The position numbers and the translations under genes are program-made. Positions 22,301 to 32,482 of a stretch of DNA of 64,000 nt are shown here, in pieces (position 1 is the first letter of the stretch; every line of letters begins with the position of its first letter). The notes beneath the pieces were generated by a model. The model searched no databases. It was not told where the DNA came from and worked only from the letters and a program-made list of their open reading frames with translations. Source of the stretch: an uncultured Actinomycetes bacterium. GTDB taxonomy: Bacteria > Actinomycetota > Thermoleophilia > RBG-16-64-13. The DNA is taken from positions 1,034,660 to 1,098,659 of the forward strand of contig CAWFCL010000004.1 in assembly GCA_963814365.1 (NCBI GenBank), written 5' to 3'.

Positions 22301-23257
22301 TCACCCCCGGGTCTCAGTCTGCACCTCCTCCAGTCGCACCGAACCAGCATACTTCTGTGCGTCTTCCGCCGTAAGGACTCCGGCACCGTAGCACGCTAGA
22401 TTGGCGGCGCCGCACCCCAAACCGAACCGCAGACATTCGGCGGGCGCGTCTCCCTCCAGAAGCCTAACACCGAACCCAGCGACCAATGCGTCGTTCCAGC
22501 CCAGCGGCGACACTACGTCCACCACGGGCATAGTCCCGACGAAGGACCTCGGGGTCCCGTCGTAGGACAGCTGTGAAACACAACCATAGCGGTGCGTGAT
22601 GATCACTGAGCCGGCCCCCATGTCCCTCATTGCGCGCGCCGCCCGAAGTTGATCCTCGACACCACCGAACTCGTATCCCATGGCGTTCTCTGCTTCCACC
22701 ATCTTGGGGAACACGTAGTCAGGTCTTGCCTTCAGTCCAAGCTTGAGAGGATCCGCATACGTGTAGAAGATGGTGACCAGGCCCATACTCTTGGCGTGCT
22801 CGATAAGACTCACGTAGCAGTCGTCGGCCAATCCCGGCGGAATGCTGCCTCCAAAGACCACAACATCAGCGGCCTTGCCCAAGTAGTCGAGTTTCTCGTG
22901 CAGGGGTTCCAGGTCTTTCTCGCTCAGTTCCGGTCCCTGTTCGTTGATCTCGGTGACCACTCCGGTCGTCGGGTCGACGACGGCCGTGGAGATGCGTGAC
23001 TCACCGGCCACACGCACGAAGTCGCAGAGTATGCCTTCGGCACCCAGGTCCGCCATTATCTGGTCGCCTTTGCGCCCGCCGGCGAAACCAGTGGCGATGA
23101 CCGGTCTGCCCAGCGCCTTGGCCGCACGAGCGACGTTGATACCTTTGCCCCCGGGCAGGATCACCGTGCCTGTCGCCCTGTGCCGCAGACCGCTCTGGAA
23201 GTTCGGCACCGTCATGGTACGGTCCAACGCAGGGTTCAATGTGACTGTCAGTATCAT
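22301..23257 (-). CDS. PfkB-family sugar-phosphate kinase (1-phosphofructokinase / tagatose-6-P kinase-like)
   Basis: N-terminus [11 protein letters not shown] and GGKGINVAR. The C-terminal signature reads [10 protein letters not shown] instead of the usual GAGD. Confidence 0.8.
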   Translation of the reverse strand: MILTVTLNPALDRTMTVPNFQSGLRHRATGTVILPGGKGINVARAAKALGRPVIATGFAGGRKGDQIMADLGAEGILCDFVRVAGESRISTAVVDPTTGVVTEINEQGPELSEKDLEPLHEKLDYLGKAADVVVFGGSIPPGLADDCYVSLIEHAKSMGLVTIFYTYADPLKLGLKARPDYVFPKMVEAENAMGYEFGGVEDQLRAARAMRDMGAGSVIITHRYGCVSQLSYDGTPRSFVGTMPVVDVVSPLGWNDALVAGFGVRLLEGDAPAECLRFGLGCGAANLACYGAGVLTAEDAQKYAGSVRLEEVQTETRG

Positions 23258-23291
23258 CCTACCGGCTACTCTTTCAGTGTTTGCAGACCAA

Positions 23292-24401
23292 TTAGAAGAG
23301 CCTAGAGAAGAAGCGGGCGATCTTACTGCCCAGCGTCGGCTTCTCTACTGCTCGAGCGGTGACCACGTCAACCGAGCCCACCGACTGACCATCAATACTC
23401 AATTCCAGCCGGCCCACGGTCTCTCCCGCATCCACAGGCAAGACGACCGCACGATCGATGACCACAGTCGCGGTGAGTGTCTGCCCCTGGGAAAGAGCTG
23501 CGCTCGCCTTCTCCTTGGCCACCAGTTGCAGAGGCTCGACCTCGTGAGGTAACGACGCCTCGGCAATTGCCTGACCCTCATCTAGGACTGTCACGTGCTG
23601 GTAGCGCGAAAAGCCGTATTCAAGCAGGTCTCTACTCTCGGAGAAGACCTCTTGGTGTGCCTCCACCCCCAGCACAACACTTATGACGCCCGCCCCGTTC
23701 CTGCTTCCGGCGGCTATCAGACATGATCGAGCCCTGGGTGTCTCACCGGTCTTCACTCCTGTGATCCAGTCGTAGGTCAGGAGAAGTTCATTCGTTGTGC
23801 GCAGCACCAACGTGCTCGTGCCACCAGAGGCCTGCAAAGGGTACTCGCGCGTTTGCGCAAGCTCACGGAACTTGGGGCCTATCTTCTCGTCGGTCATTGC
23901 GAATCTTGCCAACGCCGCTAGATCGGCAGCCGTCGAGTAGTGGCCGGTGGCATCCAACCCAGAAGGATTGGCAAAATGCGTATTGTTCATGCCCAGTTCC
24001 GCCGCCCTGGCATTCATGCGCGTAACAAACGCACCCTCGCCTCCGGGATAACCCTCCGCCAGTGCCACCGCCGCCTGATTGTGACTGGGCACCATCATCG
24101 AGTACAACAACTGCTCGACCGTGAACACTTCCCCTGGCTGCGTCCAGACCTCCAACTCACTCTTAGAAGCTGCGTTCTCGGAGATGGTGATCTGTGTATT
24201 CAGATCCATGCTCTCAAGCACCACCACCGCCGACATGACCTTGGTGATAGAAGCCATGGGCCTCTGCGTGCTCTCGGCTTTGGTGTACAGCACCTGTCCC
24301 GTCGAGAGGTCGATGACGATCGCAGAGGCAGCGGTGATAACCGGAGGCGAGTCTTCAAACCCTGGAAGCTCGTCGGCAGCGATGGTAAGGCTTGAAGTCA
24401 A
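23292..24401 (-). CDS. Serine-type D-Ala-D-Ala carboxypeptidase (S11, PBP5/DacB-like); mature domain only, with the signal peptide in another frame
   Basis: SxxK (SITK), SxN (PSHN) and KTG (VKTGET) motifs. The first in-frame start is TTG 24401, which leaves no signal peptide. A signal peptide ORF starts at ATG 24540 in the +1 frame (see finding). Confidence 0.85.
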   Translation of the reverse strand: MTSSLTIAADELPGFEDSPPVITAASAIVIDLSTGQVLYTKAESTQRPMASITKVMSAVVVLESMDLNTQITISENAASKSELEVWTQPGEVFTVEQLLYSMMVPSHNQAAVALAEGYPGGEGAFVTRMNARAAELGMNNTHFANPSGLDATGHYSTAADLAALARFAMTDEKIGPKFRELAQTREYPLQASGGTSTLVLRTTNELLLTYDWITGVKTGETPRARSCLIAAGSRNGAGVISVVLGVEAHQEVFSESRDLLEYGFSRYQHVTVLDEGQAIAEASLPHEVEPLQLVAKEKASAALSQGQTLTATVVIDRAVVLPVDAGETVGRLELSIDGQSVGSVDVVTARAVEKPTLGSKIARFFSRLF

Positions 24402-24584
24402 CGGTTGGGCGACAAGTGGTAGGGCCCGACTGTCCTCCGCCCATGCTGAACCCGCAAGGGTCGATCAGCATGGTTATGAGCACGATAGTGAAGGAGAGGA
24501 CCGCTGCCAGCCGCCCTCGTCGAACCCTGAGAGCCATCATAGCGCGGAGTATAGCATGGGGGTAAGACCGACCCCGCCGCGGTC

Positions 24585-24785
24585 CTAGAGTTCGATAACG
24601 ATGGTCGTGACCGTGCTCGACGGAGCTTCCGGCCCCGCTCTCGAGGCCTGCCCCTGCAACACGCCGCCGGCCACCAGTCCCACGATGACGGCGACGACTA
24701 TCAGCAAGATCACAATCGGCATGACCACACTTGAAGCCGCCCAAACGGTCTTGCCTCCAGACCTCGTGTTGCGTCCCTCACCCAA
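24585..24785 (-). CDS. Possible small membrane protein
   Basis: 66-codon ORF with one strongly hydrophobic helix (MPIVILLIVVAVIVGLVAGGVL) between pyrF and the carboxypeptidase gene. Start unclear (TTG 24785, GTG 24728 or ATG 24722). No SD seen. Confidence 0.3.
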   Translation of the reverse strand: MGEGRNTRSGGKTVWAASSVVMPIVILLIVVAVIVGLVAGGVLQGQASRAGPEAPSSTVTTIVIEL

Positions 24786-25683
24786 GCCCCGACGCCCTCC
24801 ATAGAGCCACCTTCATCTCACGTGCTTCCTCGCGTGCGGCATCCTGCCAGCTCAAGTCATGATGTTTGCGGTAGGCGTACAGTATCCCCCGTGAGGAGTT
24901 CACTACCGCGCCCTTGCCGTCTTCGCCAAAGAAGCCTCGTATATCCCCCGCACTCGCTCCCTGAGCTCCATACCCAGGCACCAGGAACGGCACCGTCGGC
25001 ATGAGCGAACGCAATTCCTCCCCCACCTTGGGATGGGTTCCACCGACGACGGCCCCCACCGAACTGTATCCGTTCTTGCCTTTGGTTGGTTCTCCCCACA
25101 GATTCACCATTCGAGCAACGCTGTGATAGACGCGTCCGCCGTCCGCAAGTTCTAGATCCTGAACGTCCACAGAGCTGCTGTTGGACGTCTTGACCAGGAC
25201 AAACAGGCCCTTGTCAGCCTGCTCGACCCTGCTCAAGAAAGGCTGCACGCTATCGGTACCCATGTATGGGTTGACTGTCAGGGCGTCGGCGCCGACCCTG
25301 TCGAAATGGGCCCTGGCATAAGCCTCGGCTGTGCTGCCTATGTCGCCCCTCTTCGCATCCGCGATGACCAACAACCCTCTGGCTTTGGCTGGATCCACCA
25401 GATCCTCGTACAGTTGGTATCCGGCCGACCCCAAGGCCTCAAAGTAGGCCAGTTGGATCTTCACCGCGACCGCCTCTTCGGAGACCGCGTCAAGAATGCC
25501 GCTCAGGAACTCCCAGTAGCACACAGCCTTCATCTGGGCGAGACTCTCATACTGATGCTCGGGGTGAGCATCTCTCACCTGTGGCGGAAGCGAATCGTAT
25601 TCGGGATCCAACCCTACGACTACGTGGGATCGTCTCGACTCTATAGCCTCAACGAACCGGTCGCCGAACGGCTGGGCGCTCAT
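24778..25683 (-). CDS. pyrF: Orotidine-5'-phosphate decarboxylase (type 2)
   Basis: Motifs VVGLDPEY and ADAKRGDIGST. ATG 25683 is preceded by GAGGAGGAG. The track ORF starts at TTG 25707. Confidence 0.92.
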   Translation of the reverse strand: MSAQPFGDRFVEAIESRRSHVVVGLDPEYDSLPPQVRDAHPEHQYESLAQMKAVCYWEFLSGILDAVSEEAVAVKIQLAYFEALGSAGYQLYEDLVDPAKARGLLVIADAKRGDIGSTAEAYARAHFDRVGADALTVNPYMGTDSVQPFLSRVEQADKGLFVLVKTSNSSSVDVQDLELADGGRVYHSVARMVNLWGEPTKGKNGYSSVGAVVGGTHPKVGEELRSLMPTVPFLVPGYGAQGASAGDIRGFFGEDGKGAVVNSSRGILYAYRKHHDLSWQDAAREEAREMKVALWRASGLG

Positions 25684-25714
25684 CGCTCCTCCTCGCGTGC
25701 TGGACAAAGGTTCA

Positions 25715-25745
25715 CGAACAAGAAAGGGCCGCTTGACGCGGCCCC
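25715..25745 (-). terminator. Intrinsic terminator after hup
   Basis: Minus strand reads GGGGCCGC-gtcaa-GCGGCCC followed by TTTCTTGTT, 25 nt after the hup stop. Confidence 0.65.
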
Positions 25746-25770
25746 ATCTCGACGTTCTATGATCTCGAAC

Positions 25771-26043
25771 TCACTTGCAGGCGTTCTTGAGAGCCATTCC
25801 CGCGCTGAACTTGGGAACTTCGCACGCCGCAATCGTGATCGTCTGCTTCGTCTGAGGATTGATCCCCTGACGGGCTTGGCGCTTCTGCACATAGAACTTG
25901 CCAAAACCGGTGAACTGGACGTCCTCCCCCTTGCTCAGGGCCTCAGTGACCACATCCACGAAAGCATCGACCACAGCGGCCGCGTCCTTCTTGGTGAGCC
26001 CACTCTTTGCTGCAAGTTTGTCAACAAAATCGGCCTTGGTCAC
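25771..26043 (-). CDS. hup: HU family DNA-binding protein
   Basis: 90 aa: MTKADFVDKLA...GFGKF...RQGINPQTK. GTG start after GGAGG. Confidence 0.95.
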   Translation of the reverse strand: MTKADFVDKLAAKSGLTKKDAAAVVDAFVDVVTEALSKGEDVQFTGFGKFYVQKRQARQGINPQTKQTITIAACEVPKFSAGMALKNACK

Positions 26044-26144
26044 AGCTACCTCCCTTTGTCCACGGGTACCGTTCTACCTTAGCAAATGCGCAGACTCATC
26101 GACAAGCAGAATCTTGCGCTATTTGCGCTCTATTCCCCATTATT

Positions 26145-26693
26145 CTAGGGTTTCGCACCTATTCCAAGAGAAGATGAAGTGAAGACCGAGTGCAGCACGA
26201 GCCCAGCGGCGGCCGCCCCGTCGGTTCCACCCTCCTCTCGATCCACCACGCAATAGATATCCTCCACTGTCAATCCCGCGTTTCGTAGCGCCTCAGCGGC
26301 CTCTATCGCAGCCCCTCCCGAGGTCACGATGTCCTCGACTATCGCTACGCGCTGCCCGGGCTCGACTCTGCCCTCGATACGCTTCACAGTGCCATACTCC
26401 TTAGCCGCCTTCCTGACCAAGAGCAGGGGAAGGTCGAGCTCCAGTGACAGACCGGCGCCAAGGACAACTCCACCCAACTCAGGAGCCGCAAGCCGCTGAT
26501 AGACCGAACCTGCGGTCATGCGCTCCCGCACCATGGCCGCCATTTCTGCGACAACACCGCGTAACACGCCCGGCTCAGTCTCAAACAGATACTTATCCAA
26601 GTAGTACTTGCTGCGCTTGCCTGAGCGAAGCACGAAGTCACCTTCGAGATATGCAGCTTCAAGCAACGCCTTGCCTAAGGATTCCCTATCCAC
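26145..26693 (-). CDS. pyrE: Orotate phosphoribosyltransferase
   Basis: 182 aa: FVLRSGKRSKYYLD and PRPP motif VAIVEDIVTSGGA. GTG start after GGAGGG. Confidence 0.93.
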   Translation of the reverse strand: MDRESLGKALLEAAYLEGDFVLRSGKRSKYYLDKYLFETEPGVLRGVVAEMAAMVRERMTAGSVYQRLAAPELGGVVLGAGLSLELDLPLLLVRKAAKEYGTVKRIEGRVEPGQRVAIVEDIVTSGGAAIEAAEALRNAGLTVEDIYCVVDREEGGTDGAAAAGLVLHSVFTSSSLGIGAKP

Positions 26694-26715
26694 CGGCCCT
26701 CCAGTATGTACGTTG

Positions 26716-28107
26716 TCACACGCCCGACACAGTAACGCCCTCTACGACAACGCATGGCGTACAGACACTGCCGTATAGAGGTATCCAGCGTTCGTCGCCA
26801 CCCACGTCACACACACCTCCCAGCAGACCGTTGAAGTCGGTGGCCATTGTGACCTCGCGCACCGGTGCTGCGAGAGCTTCCTTTGCGATGAGGTTCCCCG
26901 TCACTCCTAAGGAGATCTCACCGCTTACAGGGTTCACTCCGGAGTGAAGACCTGCGACGCTGTCCACGTATAGACCTTGCCCCACTCGCCCAATCACTGA
27001 CTCAAGTGTGCCCTCACCGGCCCTGACCACCAAGTTGCTCGGCCCCACTCTAGGCAGCAATCTGTACGACGTCCGTCTTGCGTTCCCGGTGGAACACGCT
27101 TCTCCACCCTCCCTGCGCGCCGTCCGGCTGTCGTACATGTACGACCGTAACACGCCGCCATCTATGAGCAAGGTCTTCTGTTGAGCGACCCCTTCGCCGT
27201 CGAACGGACACGTAGCCATGCCCTGCGGATCCAGCCCGTCGTCCAGCAAAGTCAGGTGACCAGAAGCTACCGAATCTCCCACCCTGCCCGCGAACACCGA
27301 CCTCCCTTTCAGCACTGCGTCCGCGCTGAGGGCCTGGGCGACAGTCGATAACAGGGCAGCGACTACTTCCCTGTCCAACACCAAAGTGTATCTGCCCGTC
27401 TTGCAGGGACGCGCACCCACGAGCCCATAGGCCCTGCGCGCAGCTTCTAGACCGGCTCGCTCGGGGTCGAGCAAGAGCGGATCTCGTCCAGCGTCGAAAC
27501 CCAGCCCTGACTGTCGTTCCTCTGACCGGCCCGCGTGGGCGACCACATACACGAAGGCGTATGACTGCTTCGATTCAGCGCGGACTCCGGCGGTGGAACA
27601 CACGGCGACGTGCTCTTCTTCGTCGGAATAAACACTTTCTTCTACTGCCCCCACCCTCTTATCCTGGAGCGCGACCTCTTCTGCCCGGAGTGCCAGGGCG
27701 GTCTTACTAGCCAAACTCATCTCCGACACTCCTGCACACCACAGAGGCGCAGACTCTCCATAGCTATCGGGTCCACCACACGGGAGGAGTGCGTAGGGGT
27801 CGGCGTCAGCGGCCTTCAGCGCGCCTCGAACCTCTGTGATCGCGCGCGCTACACCGGCCGAGCTGAGATCAGTGGTGAACGCATAGCCCGTCCTGCCATC
27901 ACGTATCGCTCTGATGCCGAGGCCACGTGACTCGGCTACGGTGACGGACTCCACCGACGCGCCGAACACCTTGATCATGGTAGTACTGCCCGACTGAACG
28001 AACGCTTCCACTTCAGCCTTGAGTGACTTCGCTTGTTCTATCGCCTGATCGGCTATCTGAAGCGGAGTATGCGATGCCCCGGTGCCTCCGACTCTCTCTG
28101 GGTTCAC
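26716..28107 (-). CDS. pmbA: TldD/PmbA family metalloprotease (PmbA-like)
   Basis: TldD/PmbA family pattern throughout. GTG 28107 overlaps the tldD stop (GTGA). The track ORF extends to 28197. Confidence 0.85.
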   Translation of the reverse strand: MNPERVGGTGASHTPLQIADQAIEQAKSLKAEVEAFVQSGSTTMIKVFGASVESVTVAESRGLGIRAIRDGRTGYAFTTDLSSAGVARAITEVRGALKAADADPYALLPCGGPDSYGESAPLWCAGVSEMSLASKTALALRAEEVALQDKRVGAVEESVYSDEEEHVAVCSTAGVRAESKQSYAFVYVVAHAGRSEERQSGLGFDAGRDPLLLDPERAGLEAARRAYGLVGARPCKTGRYTLVLDREVVAALLSTVAQALSADAVLKGRSVFAGRVGDSVASGHLTLLDDGLDPQGMATCPFDGEGVAQQKTLLIDGGVLRSYMYDSRTARREGGEACSTGNARRTSYRLLPRVGPSNLVVRAGEGTLESVIGRVGQGLYVDSVAGLHSGVNPVSGEISLGVTGNLIAKEALAAPVREVTMATDFNGLLGGVCDVGGDERWIPLYGSVCTPCVVVEGVTVSGV

Positions 28108-29516
28108 GACAACCCGCTCCCGCCGATAGTGAGTTCTCGTATGCGCACGGTCGGCTGTCCGCTGCCAACGGGTACCTGCTGACCCTCCTTGCCGCACATG
28201 CCGGCCTTGAGAGCCAGATCGTCGGCCACAGCGTCGATCAGTTCCAGTACCTGAGGACCGTTGCCTATGAGCGTGGCGCCACGCACTGGTGCGCCGATGC
28301 GCCCATGCTCGATCAGATACCCTTCTTCCACCCCAAAGACGAAGTCTCCGGTGAGCGTATTCACCTCTCCCCCCGAGAGAGACTTCGCGTAGAGACCCTT
28401 GTCGGTATCCGCGATCAACTCAGCACAGGTGCAATCGCCGGGTCCAAAGTACGTATTGGTCATACGAGGGTAGGGCAGACTGCGATAGTCCTGCCGCCTT
28501 CCGTTTCCTGTCAGGGGAAGACTCAGCGCCCCGGCTCTCAGACGGTCGGTAAGGTAACCCGTAAGGACGCCCGCCTCAATAAGCGTGGTCTTCTGGCAGG
28601 GCACGCCCTCATCATCGCAGCCCCCACTGCCCCAAGCGCCCGACAGCACACCATCGTCGTAGGCGTGTAGATGCTCACCGGCGACCTTCTGACCTTTCTT
28701 GCCCTCCCAGACACTGCTCTTCTTCAAGACATAATCGGCCTCAAGCCCGTGCCCACAAGCCTCGTGAAACAGCACTCCTCCAAAGCCATTTCCCAGAACG
28801 ACCGGAGCGCGCCCCGTGGGAGCCGGCCGTCCATCGAGCAGCACCAAAGCTCTGTTGGCAGCGGTCTCCGCGATCCGTACGACCGCGTCCTGGCTAAGTA
28901 GTTCGAACCCTCCATGGTGAGCCAACGTATCGTGACCCGTTTGGATCACGCCATCGCGCTGGACCATGACGGTCACCGACAGCATCACCCTCGACCGGTC
29001 ATCGGCTGCAAAGAATCCCTGTGACCCAGCGATCCAAACACGTTGCCTAGACTCCGCGTAGCCTGCCATGACCTGTCTGACCTCTGGTGATAGACCTCGG
29101 GCCGTCTCGTCCGCAAGGTGAAGAAAAGCAGACTTGGCAGCGGCATCCACTCGCTCAGGATCGTCGACCACATGCCCTCCCGGCCGGCTCTTCACAGCCG
29201 CCAGCATGGGAACCGCTTGCGACGCGCCCTGCCGAGAGCGGCTCAGATCTCTGGCCAGATTAGAGAGCGAGACTTCGTCGACGGCGTCGACGTGACCGAA
29301 GACGGTGGAGGTGCCTTGGACAAGACGAATGGCACCGCCGAGATCGTGCCCGGACACGACGCTCTCGACCTTGCCGTCCTCCAAGCGCATGGAAAACGAC
29401 CGGCGGTGCTCCACGAACAGGTCCGCGCTGTCACCGCCCCGTTCGAGCGAGCGCGCCAGAACAGACCGCGCCAGCTCTGGGAGAAGCCCAGGATATGCGC
29501 CCAGAATACTACTCAC
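28104..29516 (-). CDS. tldD: TldD family metalloprotease
   Basis: 470 aa including the HExxxGH-type region (FHEACGHGLEAD). Paired with the pmbA-like gene. Confidence 0.88.
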   Translation of the reverse strand: MSSILGAYPGLLPELARSVLARSLERGGDSADLFVEHRRSFSMRLEDGKVESVVSGHDLGGAIRLVQGTSTVFGHVDAVDEVSLSNLARDLSRSRQGASQAVPMLAAVKSRPGGHVVDDPERVDAAAKSAFLHLADETARGLSPEVRQVMAGYAESRQRVWIAGSQGFFAADDRSRVMLSVTVMVQRDGVIQTGHDTLAHHGGFELLSQDAVVRIAETAANRALVLLDGRPAPTGRAPVVLGNGFGGVLFHEACGHGLEADYVLKKSSVWEGKKGQKVAGEHLHAYDDGVLSGAWGSGGCDDEGVPCQKTTLIEAGVLTGYLTDRLRAGALSLPLTGNGRRQDYRSLPYPRMTNTYFGPGDCTCAELIADTDKGLYAKSLSGGEVNTLTGDFVFGVEEGYLIEHGRIGAPVRGATLIGNGPQVLELIDAVADDLALKAGMCGKEGQQVPVGSGQPTVRIRELTIGGSGLS

Positions 29517-29531
29517 CCGGGCTTGCTATCG

Positions 29532-29753
29532 TCAGTCGACTACTGGGTCTACGGCGAGTATCTCAGTAGCCAGCGCCAGGAAGGGCGCGGCATCATCTGT
29601 GTCGCCGGCCATGGCGACCATAGACCCGTCGTCAAAGTACATCTCCACCTGGGGCTTATGAGAGCGCACAAATAGGAAGTAGTAGACTCCAGCCGCGAGA
29701 CTCCCCAAGACGGTGACGGCACCGAAGATCTTGTAGACAGGCTTGATCTTCAC
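29532..29753 (-). CDS. Small membrane protein, hypothetical
   Basis: 73 aa with one N-terminal TM helix (IFGAVTVLGSLAAGVYYFLFV) and an acidic tail. GTG start overlaps the upstream stop (GTGA). Confidence 0.5.
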   Translation of the reverse strand: MKIKPVYKIFGAVTVLGSLAAGVYYFLFVRSHKPQVEMYFDDGSMVAMAGDTDDAAPFLALATEILAVDPVVD

Positions 29754-30184
29754 TGCCCCGCCTCCTTCTTCTTGCGACCTTTGGGAGGCTCAACGGTCGA
29801 AGCACCAGCAGCGTCTCGAAGACAAGTCTTCAAGTCGTACAAGGCCAGACCCACGCGACTGCCTTTCTTGCCCGTGGCCATGATCGCGAGTGGCTCAGCT
29901 CCTGTGTCCCTAGAGAGAAAGACGTAGCCCGCCCCAGTGTCGATCGCGAGTTGGGTGAATGGCTGAGAGCCCATCTGGAGTGCACGAGTCTCCGCCAGCC
30001 GCATCAGTCTGCGCGCTTGTTCCATAGCTTTCGCAAGGGCCGATTCTTCCAGATTCGACGCTAGAACATCCTTCTCACCGAACACCACGGCCTTATCGAT
30101 GTCCGTCGAGATGTCCATCATCTCCTCGAAAGCGGCCTGAACCTCCTCTTTCACCCGCACCTCCTTCTGTGGCGACCAGGACAC
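29750..30184 (-). CDS. Roadblock/LC7 (MglB-like) domain protein
   Basis: 144 aa. The pattern DKAVVFGEKDVLAS...GYVFLSRD...LAIMATGKKGSRVGLALYDLKTC resembles Robl/LC7, followed by a Lys-rich tail. Assigned by eye only. Confidence 0.5.
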   Translation of the reverse strand: MSWSPQKEVRVKEEVQAAFEEMMDISTDIDKAVVFGEKDVLASNLEESALAKAMEQARRLMRLAETRALQMGSQPFTQLAIDTGAGYVFLSRDTGAEPLAIMATGKKGSRVGLALYDLKTCLRDAAGASTVEPPKGRKKKEAGQ

Positions 30185-30234
30185 TCGTTCCTATGCAGTT
30201 TACCACCAGCCAATGCCTGCTAATTAAGTAGTCA

Positions 30235-30285
30235 GGGGGCCGTCACGTGTCGCACGGTACTGTGCGCATCCACGTGGCGGCCCCC
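30235..30285 (-). terminator. Long GC-rich stem-loop after groEL
   Basis: GGGGGCCGTCACGTG (30235-30249) pairs with CACGTGGCGGCCCCC (30271-30285): 15 bp with 1 wobble/mismatch and a 21-nt loop that can pair internally. Lies 44 nt after the groEL stop. Weak U-tract. Confidence 0.55.
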
Positions 30286-30328
30286 TCTCACCGCAGCTTC
30301 AGCGGTGTGACCATTGACCGATGGTCGG

Positions 30329-32316
<1,988 letters not shown>

Positions 32317-32394
32317 GCACAATCCTCCGATCTCTCGCTTCTTTTGCCTGTGCTTTGGCGACACGTATGTGCGCTCAACTGCCTCTGTCAATCT

Positions 32395-32421
32395 CTGGCA
32401 CTCTCATGGTGCGAGTGCCAA
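32395..32421 (-). promoter_or_regulatory. CIRCE operator (HrcA binding site)
   Basis: Minus strand reads TTGGCACTC-N9-GAGTGCCAG, against the consensus TTAGCACTC-N9-GAGTGCTAA. Lies 9 nt downstream of the -10 box of groES. Confidence 0.85.
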
Positions 32422-32430
32422 CTTGCGCAT

Positions 32431-32459
32431 ATGTTATGCGCAGACTAAGGAAATGTCAA
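32431..32459 (-). promoter_or_regulatory. groES-groEL promoter
   Basis: Minus strand reads TTGACA (32459-32454), 17 nt, TAACAT (32436-32431), directly upstream of CIRCE. Confidence 0.7.
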
Positions 32460-32482
32460 ACCTTGAGACTCAGACGTTGCGA

